Positions 1 to 8,082 of a stretch of DNA of 64,000 nt are shown here, one piece after another. Made by a program: the position numbers and the translations under genes. The DNA comes from an uncultured Clostridia bacterium (GTDB lineage Bacteria; Bacillota; Clostridia; Oscillospirales; Acutalibacteraceae): the NCBI GenBank assembly GCA_947585615.1, contig CANPXD010000001.1:7115-71114 (forward strand), written 5' to 3'. The notes beneath the pieces are model-generated. The model did not search any database and was not told where the DNA came from. It worked only from the letters and a program-made list of their open reading frames with translations. Position 1 is the stretch's first letter; every line of letters starts with the position of its first letter.

Positions 1-128
1 CTTCCGGTACAAAATATACGGTGCGCGTCAATAAAAATATCAACCTCACGGCAAAGTTCCAGAAAGTAGAGGAAACAACCGGCGAATAGCACAAAAAGCC
101 GTGTGCGTCATTTAATCTCAAAAAATAC

Positions 129-157
129 TTGCATTTTGTGACGTAATGTGTTATATT
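129..157 (+). promoter_or_regulatory. sigma-A-type promoter preceding the tRNA-Arg(ACG) region
   Basis: TTGCAT at 129-134, 17-nt spacer, TATATT at 152-157. Read from sequence only. Confidence 0.5.
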
Positions 158-209
158 ATTTGAGCATTGAAGGCTGTGGCTGTGCCTGCGGCTTTGATAT
201 GCTTAAAAT

Positions 210-251
210 GCGCCGGTAGCTCAGTTGGATAGAGTGTCTGGCTACGAACCA
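210..251 (+). pseudogene. Truncated tRNA-Arg(ACG) copy with 5' acceptor strand, D-arm and anticodon arm only
   Basis: These 42 nt (GCGCCGGTAGCTCAGTTGGATAGAGTGTCTGGCTACGAACCA) match the first 42 nt of the intact tRNA at 302-378 with one mismatch. Similarity then stops; there is no T-arm (GGTTCGAAT) and no 3' acceptor strand. Confidence 0.75.
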
Positions 252-301
252 AACAGCCGCTTTTGCATAAAGTGTATATTTACAATTTAATAAGGTGTTA
301 C

Positions 302-378
302 GCGCTGGTAGCTCAGTTGGATAGAGTGTCTGGCTACGAACCAGAAGGTCGGGGGTTCGAATCCCTTCCAGCGTACCA
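302..378 (+). tRNA. tRNA-Arg, anticodon ACG, CCA encoded
   Basis: Cloverleaf folds by hand: acceptor GCGCTGG/CCAGCGT, D-arm GCTC-AGTTGGATA-GAGT, anticodon arm TCTGG-CTACGAA-CCAGA, T-arm GGGGG-TTCGAAT-CCCTT, discriminator A, then CCA. Confidence 0.93.
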
Positions 379-384
379 CATATA

Positions 385-428
385 AAATCCTTGAAACCGT
401 TGATATACCTTGGTTTCAAGGATTTTTT
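385..428 (+). terminator. Intrinsic terminator after tRNA-Arg(ACG)
   Basis: AAATCCTTGAAACC ... GGTTTCAAGGATTT hairpin followed by a T-run (423-428). Confidence 0.85.
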
Positions 429-598
429 ATTTGCTTAACTTCTTGTGTAACACGCCTCGGTTCTGCGGCGGTTCGGAGATTTCGCTGAATTTCTCGGTTT
501 TCGCGGCGCTTTGGAGCTTATTGAAAATATCGTCATTTGGATTTAAAATGGAAACAGACAGTTTTGCTTATTGTTTGACTTAGGTTTGAAGGAGGGAT

Positions 599-2374
599 AT
601 GATGATTAAAGGTTTAACTTTTTTCTTAAAATTTAGTTGGAAAAACAAGAAATCATATGTTGTTTTGAACATACTGAATCAAATGGTTCAAGGCATTATG
701 CCGTTGATTATAATTGCCATGCCTAAATTCATAATTGACGAATTGCTGAATCAGCAACGGATAGAAATGCTCGCTTGCTATATCGTTTTGCTTCTTATAG
801 CTACTTTTATTAAAAATTGGGTTGGTTCACATATTGAATTGCAGATATTTAATAAACGATGCTATTTATCATGCGCGTTTAGTGAGTTTATACATAATAA
901 ATTGTTAAACACAAATTACAGTAATTTGGAAACACCGGATTTTCATGAAATAAAGGAGAAAGCCAATAAGTTTTTATATGGCGACTGGCATGGTTTTTCT
1001 TTTATTTTAGAGAATGCTTTTTCTATTGCCGGTAAAATGATTACATTAATCGGTATCGTTGCCATTATTTTTACAATGAATATATGGCTTGTTTGCGCTT
1101 TTGCAGTGCTTATGGTTATCAGCACCGTAATCGATTATAAACTAAAGCAAAAAGCACACGGGCTTTCTCTTGAAGCGGTAAACATAGAGAGAAGATGGAA
1201 TTATTTTACTCGTATCCTTGAGGATTCTTCGTATTCAAAAGAAATAAGAATGAATCAAATCGGTGATTGGTTAATTAACGAAGAAAAGGAATACGCCCAT
1301 AAAGCAATAGGCTTTTATGAAAAGCGAAACAAATACTTTTCCAAGTCTGCGTTATTTAATACACTGTTTGTGATTCTGCAAAGCTTGATGACGTATTGCT
1401 ATTTGATTAAAGATGTTATTGATGGGAATATCTCTTTGGGCAGCTTTTCCATGTATGTTTCCGCCATAACTGCGTTTTCGGCGTCAGTTAAAGATATAAT
1501 AACAAGTATAGTGGATATTAAAGTTTACGGAGTATATTACGAAGCATTGGAGAAATACATAAATATCAAAGATACTATGCGTGAAAATGCAAGGTTGACC
1601 TTGCCTCAAATGGAAGATTTTTTAATCGAATTCAAAAATGTTTCATTTAAATATCCCGGTCAAAATACTTTTGCATTAAAAGCCATAAATGCAACGATTC
1701 AAAAGGGTAAAAAAATATCCATTGTTGGTGAAAACGGTTCAGGAAAAACCACCTTCATAAAGCTTTTATGCAGATTATATGACCCGACTGAAGGCGAAAT
1801 ATTGTTGAATGGTATCAATATCAAGGATATTGATTACGATGAATATATGAAAGTGTTTGCCGCTGTTTTTCAAGATTACAAATTATTTTCTTTTTCGGTT
1901 AAGGAAAATATTATTTGGAAGGATAATTCTGCAGACAGCAGAGAAAAAACGGCAGAGCTGCTGAATGATATAGGATTAGGTGAAAGAATAAATTCTCTTC
2001 CCAAAGGTATGGATACGAGTGTTTACAAGGAGTTTGACAGCAGCGGCTTTGAGCCGTCCGGAGGAGAAAGTCAAAAAATCGCCATAACGCGTGCCATAGC
2101 AAAGGACGCGCAAATAATAATACTCGATGAACCTTTATCGGCTCTTGATCCAAGAGCGGAGAATGAGATGTTTGTTCAATTTGACAATATCGTAAAGCAA
2201 AAAACCGCGATCTATATTTCTCACAGGCTTTCTTCATGTAGGCTGTGTGATGAGATTCTCGTCTTTAAGCAAGGAGAAATTTGTGAACACGGTACGCACG
2301 AAGAGCTGCTGGCACGTAACAGAGAATATCAAAAACTGTATTCACTGCAAGCTAAATACTATATCGGAGATTAA
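599..2374 (+). CDS. ABC exporter, fused permease/ATP-binding protein
   Basis: 591-aa ORF with an N-terminal multi-TM exporter domain. The C-terminal NBD has Walker A GENGSGKTT, signature SGGESQKIAITRA and Walker B IIILDEPLSALD. AAGGAGGG lies upstream. The gene is visibly AT-richer than neighbouring genes. Confidence 0.9.
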   Translation: MMIKGLTFFLKFSWKNKKSYVVLNILNQMVQGIMPLIIIAMPKFIIDELLNQQRIEMLACYIVLLLIATFIKNWVGSHIELQIFNKRCYLSCAFSEFIHNKLLNTNYSNLETPDFHEIKEKANKFLYGDWHGFSFILENAFSIAGKMITLIGIVAIIFTMNIWLVCAFAVLMVISTVIDYKLKQKAHGLSLEAVNIERRWNYFTRILEDSSYSKEIRMNQIGDWLINEEKEYAHKAIGFYEKRNKYFSKSALFNTLFVILQSLMTYCYLIKDVIDGNISLGSFSMYVSAITAFSASVKDIITSIVDIKVYGVYYEALEKYINIKDTMRENARLTLPQMEDFLIEFKNVSFKYPGQNTFALKAINATIQKGKKISIVGENGSGKTTFIKLLCRLYDPTEGEILLNGINIKDIDYDEYMKVFAAVFQDYKLFSFSVKENIIWKDNSADSREKTAELLNDIGLGERINSLPKGMDTSVYKEFDSSGFEPSGGESQKIAITRAIAKDAQIIILDEPLSALDPRAENEMFVQFDNIVKQKTAIYISHRLSSCRLCDEILVFKQGEICEHGTHEELLARNREYQKLYSLQAKYYIGD

Positions 2375-2476
2375 AAATCCTTGCAATCAAACGCTGCAAT
2401 TGCTTATCCGAGGCAACGGGAACGGCGGCTTTTTCGGTAGCCTCTGCGCGTATAAGCTTATTTTCTAAAATACAAG

Positions 2477-2514
2477 AAAATCCGATTGAAATGCAAAACA
2501 AGTTCAATCGGATT
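2477..2514 (-). terminator. Hairpin terminator between the convergent ABC exporter and DUF1349 genes
   Basis: AATCCGATTGAA (2479-2490) pairs with TTCAATCGGATT (2503-2514). A T-run follows on the minus strand (TTTTCTTGTATTTT). Confidence 0.7.
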
Positions 2515-2556
2515 ATATCATTTTATTAGATTTTTAATAATCAATTCGGCTCGGTT

Positions 2557-3156
2557 TCAGTCCGGCTGCTGTCCATTATGGGCTTTCCACTGACAATCTG
2601 TAAATTTCATATCCGTAAAAACAGCCCTGAATGAAGCGTTTTCCGGCGAGCAGGCATAGATTCCAAATCTAATTTTACCATTGCCTTTGTTCATATGGCA
2701 AATGCGCATCTGGCTGAAGTTTATGCCGTCTTCAGAGCATTCCATACAGTAATCGTCTTCCCGCCGGCTGAAACGATACCACATGGTTTTTATCGCAGCA
2801 GGGATAGCGGTGGTTGCCCAGTCGGAATATCCGCCGTTTGTTACAACACTGCCTAAATGCTGAAAATTCTCATTTTCATATTCAACAGAACATTTAAGCC
2901 AATTGCTGCTGTCTAAGTACATAACAATTCCGCACTGATCAAACCTCTGATGGCTATCGGAAAAATCTGTTTTGACTATAAAGCTGAAAAACTTCTTATC
3001 GGTTTCCATTTGCAGTACCGGCGCATTGTCATTTTGAAAATGATAGTAAGTTCTTTGCCATAAATCAGTGTATGGCGCTGTGACGATTTCCACTTTGTTA
3101 TCACGGTAATGATAGTCTTTCGGATGCCTTATCCATTTAAAATTTGTTATGTCCAT
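2557..3156 (-). CDS. DUF1349-family protein (concanavalin-like lectin/glucanase fold)
   Basis: 199-aa ORF. The N-terminal pattern W..HP......V.I.T.P.TDLWQRTYYHF..DNAP and the overall length match DUF1349 proteins as I recall them. Confidence 0.65.
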   Translation of the reverse strand: MDITNFKWIRHPKDYHYRDNKVEIVTAPYTDLWQRTYYHFQNDNAPVLQMETDKKFFSFIVKTDFSDSHQRFDQCGIVMYLDSSNWLKCSVEYENENFQHLGSVVTNGGYSDWATTAIPAAIKTMWYRFSRREDDYCMECSEDGINFSQMRICHMNKGNGKIRFGIYACSPENASFRAVFTDMKFTDCQWKAHNGQQPD

Positions 3157-3661
3157 AGTGCTTCCTTATTTATATACTGATGAAAAATAATGGGGATTAG
3201 GATTATTATAGCAATATTATAATCAATTGTCTATTGAATTTTATTTTCCGCCTGTCTTAACGAATGGATACTTCATCCAAGGAATCAGACGCTGCCCTCG
3301 GCGGAGGCAAATCCTTTAAAATATACTGCAGAATATCTTTCAAATCATTTTCGGCAGGCTTTGCCGCTTTATTACTCGGATGCTTTTTAGTTACTCGTTT
3401 CTATCTTTTTTCATTTGATGATTTCAAAAGCAACTTGCTGTTCGCGACAGACAGTATAATACTTTCCCTGCGCGTTCTCATAATTGGAAATCTCTCAAAA
3501 ATATATTGCGGCTTTTCTTTCTGACGTTGAGGTTTTCTGATTTTGTAACGCGACCCTGACAAATCGGCAAATTTTAATATATTGTAAAATTTATCTAATC
3601 ACTTTCGAGATTGTTGTTTTTAATCTTCGGGTATTGTATAATAATATAAATTATTTAGAGG

Positions 3662-4447
3662 ATGGTGCATTTTTTGAAAGTCCTTGCCGTTGGCGATGTT
3701 GTATCCAAACAAGGCTGTGAATACCTTATGCGGGTGCTGCCCGAACTGAAAAGGGAATATTCCGCCGATATTACGATTGTAAACGGAGAAAATGCTGCAG
3801 TTGGGAACGGTATAACGCCGCGCGACGCGGAATTTATTTTCAAATGCGGCGCTGATGTGATCACGCTTGGAAATCACAGCCTGCGCAGACCCGAAATCTG
3901 CGATTATCTTGATGAAAACAAATATATCATCCGTCCTGCGAATTACCATATTTCAGCTCCCGGTCAGGGAATGACGATTGTTGACAGAGGCTATATTTCC
4001 GCCGCTGTTATAAATCTTCAGGGCGCGGTTTATCTTGATACGATACGAAACCCGTTTGACGTTGCCGACGAGATGATTGCCCGGGCAAAGAAGGCAGGAT
4101 GCAGGGTGATCATTATTGATTTCCACGCGGAGGCAACGAGCGAAAAGCGGGCGCTGGGTTTTTATGTTGACGGCAGAGTCTCGGCGGTGTTCGGCACGCA
4201 CACTCATGTTCAGACGTCCGACAATCAAATTCTGCCCAAAGGGACAGGCTATGTCACCGATATAGGAATGACAGGGCCTGTAAATTCGGTGCTGGGTGTT
4301 GCCGCTGAATCTGCGATTCAAAAACTGAGGACGGGTCTGCCCGTCAGATTCAAACCGGCGGAGGGCGTATGCGCACTGGAGGGCTGTCTGTTTGAGATTG
4401 ATGACAAAACAGGCACCACAACTGACGTCAGAATTTTCAGGAGGTAG
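3662..4447 (+). CDS. ymdB: YmdB-like metallophosphoesterase (2',3'-cyclic-nucleotide phosphodiesterase family, TIGR00282-like)
   Basis: 261-aa ORF with calcineurin-like motifs GDVV, VNGENAA.GNG, GNH, DFHAEATSEK and GTHTHVQT. The true start may be TTG at 3674 (MKVLAVGD...). Confidence 0.85.
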   Translation: MVHFLKVLAVGDVVSKQGCEYLMRVLPELKREYSADITIVNGENAAVGNGITPRDAEFIFKCGADVITLGNHSLRRPEICDYLDENKYIIRPANYHISAPGQGMTIVDRGYISAAVINLQGAVYLDTIRNPFDVADEMIARAKKAGCRVIIIDFHAEATSEKRALGFYVDGRVSAVFGTHTHVQTSDNQILPKGTGYVTDIGMTGPVNSVLGVAAESAIQKLRTGLPVRFKPAEGVCALEGCLFEIDDKTGTTTDVRIFRR

Positions 4448-4449
4448 AG

Positions 4450-5946
4450 ATGGCAAAAAAAACAGCGCTGGTTTTGTGTGTTTTAATCCTATTCGGTTTG
4501 TTTTCATCCTGCTCGTCTCAGTCTGACGGTACCGAACAGGTGACCGAGGCGGTCAGCAAGAGGGAAAGCTATATACCTGAAGACGATTCAACATTTAAGT
4601 TAAGCTATACGCAGTCGGACAGTCTCAACCCGTTTGACTCGATTACACAGAACAATCAGGTTCTGGCGCAGCTTGTGTTTGAAAGCCTTTTTGATTTGGA
4701 TGATAATTTCAGCGCAACGCTGAATATTGCGTCGGGATACAGATATACAGACGCCGATGTACTTGAGGTCACGCTGAACGAGGGTCTGAAATTTTCGGAC
4801 GGCTCAGCGCTGACGGCTCAAGATGTTGAATATTCTTTTGAAAAGGCGGCAAAGTCGCCTTACTGGGGAAATTCTCTTGTTGGAATTTCCTCGTGCAGAG
4901 CGGAAACAGACGCTGTTGCGGTTTTTAATCTCCGTTATCCGAACAGCTACGCGCACAATCTGCTTGTTTTTCCGATAATCAGCTCGGAAGACGATGAAAA
5001 CGGCAATCCCGTCGGCAGCGGAAGATATTATTTTGCAATCGAAAACGGAGAGACAGTTCTGAAAGCGAGAAAATCGGACAGTTTCAAACCATACATCACA
5101 ACCATTCATCTTGAAAATATAACGACGTCAGAATCGGTTGATAATGCCGTGAATATAGGAAATATAAGCTTTGCTTTCCGCGACCTGAGCCGTGATTCAT
5201 CAAGAAAGATAACTGCCGATAAAAAGCTTGTTAATATGAATAATCTTGTGTTCATAGGAATCAATAATAAAAGCTCAATAACGTCGAATCAATATATAAG
5301 AAAGGCGATTTCGCTTGCCGTTGACAGAGAAATGCTTGTTAAAAGCGCGTTCGGAGGCTTTGCTCTTGCCGCGGAGACGGTTTTCAATCCGAAATCGGAG
5401 CTTTCCTCAACAAAAATCTTCACGAAAACGGCTGATGTAAACGCCGCAAAACAGGCAATAACGCAGAGCGGCGCAGAAAATCTTTCACTTTCGCTGCTTG
5501 TGAATTCCGACAACGCGGACCGTGTTGCGTGCGCCAGGCTTGTAAAACAGCAGCTTGAAGCGGCGGGCTTTTCGGTGAATCTTTTTGAAGCCGATTCTTT
5601 TGATAAATACAGTCAGCTTGTTAAAAGTGAAAGATTTGACCTTTATATCGGAGAAATCAAACTGCCGCCCGATATGTCGCTCGCAAGCTTTTTTACCGAA
5701 ACGGGAGACAGTCATTACGGAATAAATGTTTCGGAGAGCAGTGCTGCTCAGACCTATATGAAATATATGAGCGGCGAGACCGAACAGGGTGATTTCCTGC
5801 TTGCTTTTACGGGAGAAACGCCGTATGTTCCGCTCCTTTACAGACGCGCGATGATTTGCTATTCAAAGGCAATGAACGGAGATATGCAGGGAACGGCTTA
5901 TGATTGCTTTTCAAATATAGAGGACTGGTATTTTAAAACGCAATAA
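4450..5946 (+). CDS. ABC-transporter substrate-binding lipoprotein, family 5 (peptide/nickel type), no cognate permease adjacent
   Basis: 498-aa ORF with a signal peptide and lipobox-like FSSC. The length and pattern are those of family-5 SBPs. The ATG lies 2 nt after the ymdB stop, and the RBS CAGGAGG is inside the ymdB 3' end. Confidence 0.75.
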   Translation: MAKKTALVLCVLILFGLFSSCSSQSDGTEQVTEAVSKRESYIPEDDSTFKLSYTQSDSLNPFDSITQNNQVLAQLVFESLFDLDDNFSATLNIASGYRYTDADVLEVTLNEGLKFSDGSALTAQDVEYSFEKAAKSPYWGNSLVGISSCRAETDAVAVFNLRYPNSYAHNLLVFPIISSEDDENGNPVGSGRYYFAIENGETVLKARKSDSFKPYITTIHLENITTSESVDNAVNIGNISFAFRDLSRDSSRKITADKKLVNMNNLVFIGINNKSSITSNQYIRKAISLAVDREMLVKSAFGGFALAAETVFNPKSELSSTKIFTKTADVNAAKQAITQSGAENLSLSLLVNSDNADRVACARLVKQQLEAAGFSVNLFEADSFDKYSQLVKSERFDLYIGEIKLPPDMSLASFFTETGDSHYGINVSESSAAQTYMKYMSGETEQGDFLLAFTGETPYVPLLYRRAMICYSKAMNGDMQGTAYDCFSNIEDWYFKTQ

Positions 5947-5973
5947 CATAGTCTTTCTAAAAAAACGCAGTGC

Positions 5974-6002
5974 TTGCTATAAACGGCAAAATATATTATA
6001 AT
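5974..6002 (+). promoter_or_regulatory. sigma-A-type promoter for the asp23-yloV-recG operon
   Basis: TTGCTA at 5974-5979, 17-nt spacer, TATAAT at 5997-6002. Confidence 0.55.
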
Positions 6003-6050
6003 GCTTGTAGAGGATATAACTGCGCCAAATTATAATATCGGAGGTAATTT

Positions 6051-6407
6051 ATGGTTAAATTTGAAAATCCGAACGGATACATTGAAATTACAAATAACTA
6101 TTTTGAAAAACTTGTCGGCAAAGCGGCTCAGTCCTGCTTCGGCGTAACGGGGATGGTGAATTCAAATCCGATCCAGAGCATAAAAACGATCATTAAAAAC
6201 CGTGCGGACTGGGACAATTCAGGACAGGGCGTTATAGTCAAGAGCATTAACGGAGCGCTTGTGATAGACCTGCATATTTCCGTTTCCTACGGCGTAAATA
6301 TTTCCGCAATAGCGGACAGTATAACAAATAAGGTCAGATATACCGTTGAATCGGCAACAGACCTCAAGGTATCCAAGGTCAATGTTTTTGTTGACGCAAT
6401 TCATTAA
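6051..6407 (+). CDS. Asp23/Gls24-family alkaline shock protein
   Basis: 118-aa ORF. The I.I....E.L.G.AA....GV.GM N-terminus is typical of Asp23. It sits in the conserved position upstream of yloV-recG. Confidence 0.85.
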   Translation: MVKFENPNGYIEITNNYFEKLVGKAAQSCFGVTGMVNSNPIQSIKTIIKNRADWDNSGQGVIVKSINGALVIDLHISVSYGVNISAIADSITNKVRYTVESATDLKVSKVNVFVDAIH

Positions 6408-6422
6408 AGGAGATTATTCTGG

Positions 6423-8081
6423 ATGATTACAGGTAAAATGTTTCGTGACGGTATAATTTCCGCATCAAACAATATTGCCAACAGCCGTCAGGCGGTGGAC
6501 GCTCTTAATGTTTTTCCCGTCCCTGACGGAGACACAGGCACAAATATGAGTATGACAATCGGCGCGGCCGCTAAGGAAATGGCAGTGCTGCCCGACGGTT
6601 GCACGCTTGAAGAGGCGTCATCGCGCTGCGCGTCCGCACTGCTGAGAGGAGCAAGAGGAAACAGCGGAGTTATACTTTCATTGATCTTCCGCGGCTTCGC
6701 AAAGGCGTTCAAGGGACTTTCGCAGGCAGACGGAAAGGTTGTTGCAAAAGCTTTTTCCGAGGGCGTTGACGCCGCGTACAAGGCGGTCATGAAGCCCACG
6801 GAGGGCACGATTTTAACAGTTATAAGAAAAGCTTCCGAAGCGGCACAGGAAATGGCGGAAACAATCAACGACCCGATGGAGGTCTGCTTTGCCGCGCTTG
6901 TTGCCGCAAAGGACGCACTTGCCGAAACGCCCGAGCAGCTTCCCGTATTGAAAAAGGCGGGTGTTGTTGACGCAGGCGGACAGGGACTTGTACTTATACT
7001 CCAAGGTTTTGAAAGCGTTTTTGACAATGAGGCTATAGTTCAGCCTCTGAAGGGAAGCGCGGCTGAGCCTGATTTACGGCAGAACGGAGGGGCTGTGGCA
7101 GGCGCGTCGGGAGATATTAAGTTCGGCTATTGCTCTGAATTCCTGATTGAAAAGGCAGACAACGCCAGAGAAAAAGATCCTCTCAAACTTCGGGCATATC
7201 TTGAATCCATCGGCGACTGTGTAGTCGTTGTGGACGATGACGATATTATCAAGGTTCATGTGCATTCAAACTGCCCCGGAGACGTTATTCAGGCGGCGCT
7301 GAAATACGGACAGCTTATAAACATCAAGATAGATAATATGCGTTATCAGCACAGAAATGCCGAGGTCGGAGTCAAAAAGGGAGAAACGCCTCCTATGCCA
7401 AAGACAGAGCCTGTAAATGAATACGGCTTTGTTGCAGTGTGTGCAGGTGAGGGACTTTCCGAATTATTCAGGGATATTGGCGCGGACGTTGTTGTGAGCG
7501 GAGGGCAGACGATGAATCCCTCCACCGATGATATTCTCAACGCGATTCTGGCCACTCCGGCAAAGACTGTTTTTGTGCTGCCGAACAATAAGAATATCAT
7601 TATGGCTGCCGAACAGGCAATTCCGCTTGCCGAGGGCAGAGAGGTTCGTGTGCTTCAGACAAAAACCATTCCCCAGGGAATTTCGGCGATGCTGATGTTT
7701 GATGAGGAGGCGGACGCCGACTCAAATCAGATGCGCATGATGGAGGCTGCCGAAAGCGTGAGCACGGCGCTGGTTACGTTTGCCGCGCGCGACAGTGAGA
7801 TTGACGGCAGACCTGTTAAACAGGGTGAAATTATGGGGCTTTGCGACGGCAAAATCAGATTTGTCGGAAAGGATATTACGGAGATTGCCTTTAAAGCCGC
7901 TGACAAGCTGTATAGAAGAAAACAGGGCGGAATCATTACCGTTATTTACGGGGAGGATGCAACCGAGGATATGGCGCAGAAACTTGCGGACAGACTTCGG
8001 AACAAATACGCCGATGAGCCTGAGATAAGCGTCGTATACGGCGGTCAGCCCATTTATTACTTCATCATTTCGGTGGAATAA
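6423..8081 (+). CDS. yloV: DAK2-domain fusion protein YloV
   Basis: 552-aa ORF with an N-terminal Dak2 phosphatase-like domain (NVFPVPDGDTGTNM) and a C-terminal DegV-like domain. Asp23-YloV-RecG synteny supports the call. Confidence 0.88.
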   Translation: MITGKMFRDGIISASNNIANSRQAVDALNVFPVPDGDTGTNMSMTIGAAAKEMAVLPDGCTLEEASSRCASALLRGARGNSGVILSLIFRGFAKAFKGLSQADGKVVAKAFSEGVDAAYKAVMKPTEGTILTVIRKASEAAQEMAETINDPMEVCFAALVAAKDALAETPEQLPVLKKAGVVDAGGQGLVLILQGFESVFDNEAIVQPLKGSAAEPDLRQNGGAVAGASGDIKFGYCSEFLIEKADNAREKDPLKLRAYLESIGDCVVVVDDDDIIKVHVHSNCPGDVIQAALKYGQLINIKIDNMRYQHRNAEVGVKKGETPPMPKTEPVNEYGFVAVCAGEGLSELFRDIGADVVVSGGQTMNPSTDDILNAILATPAKTVFVLPNNKNIIMAAEQAIPLAEGREVRVLQTKTIPQGISAMLMFDEEADADSNQMRMMEAAESVSTALVTFAARDSEIDGRPVKQGEIMGLCDGKIRFVGKDITEIAFKAADKLYRRKQGGIITVIYGEDATEDMAQKLADRLRNKYADEPEISVVYGGQPIYYFIISVE

Positions 8082-8082
8082 A

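Noticed and set aside
3-89. An open frame running in from the window edge and ending at TAG 87-89 (..GTKYTVRVNKNINLTAKFQKVEETTGE)
   Set aside because: Only 28 codons are visible and no domain is recognisable. It is plausibly the 3' end of an upstream gene, since a promoter and tRNA follow, but this cannot be supported.
179-198. A short collinear match between the tRNA leader (GCTGTGCCTGC + GGCTTTGAT, 179-198) and the zapA leader (16334-16344 and 16357-16365). GGCTTTGAT occurs a third time at 25572-25580.
   Set aside because: This was noticed post hoc. An 11-mer match is expected many times by chance in 64 kb, and the spacing between the two blocks differs (0 versus 12 nt). I found no shared secondary structure. 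It is worth a genome-wide count but is not supportable here.
427-567. A start-less 46-codon open frame on the minus strand abutting the tRNA terminator
   Set aside because: It has no ATG/GTG/TTG start with an RBS, and its length is compatible with chance in AT-rich DNA. It is not reported as a pseudogene.
3264-3524. An 86-aa plus-strand ORF in the DUF1349-ymdB spacer, with protein-like fragments of about 40 codons on the minus strand
   Set aside because: The plus ORF has an implausible composition and no RBS. The minus-strand fragments are interrupted by stops and frame changes and are each short enough to arise by chance. A decayed gene is possible but cannot be supported without a similarity search.
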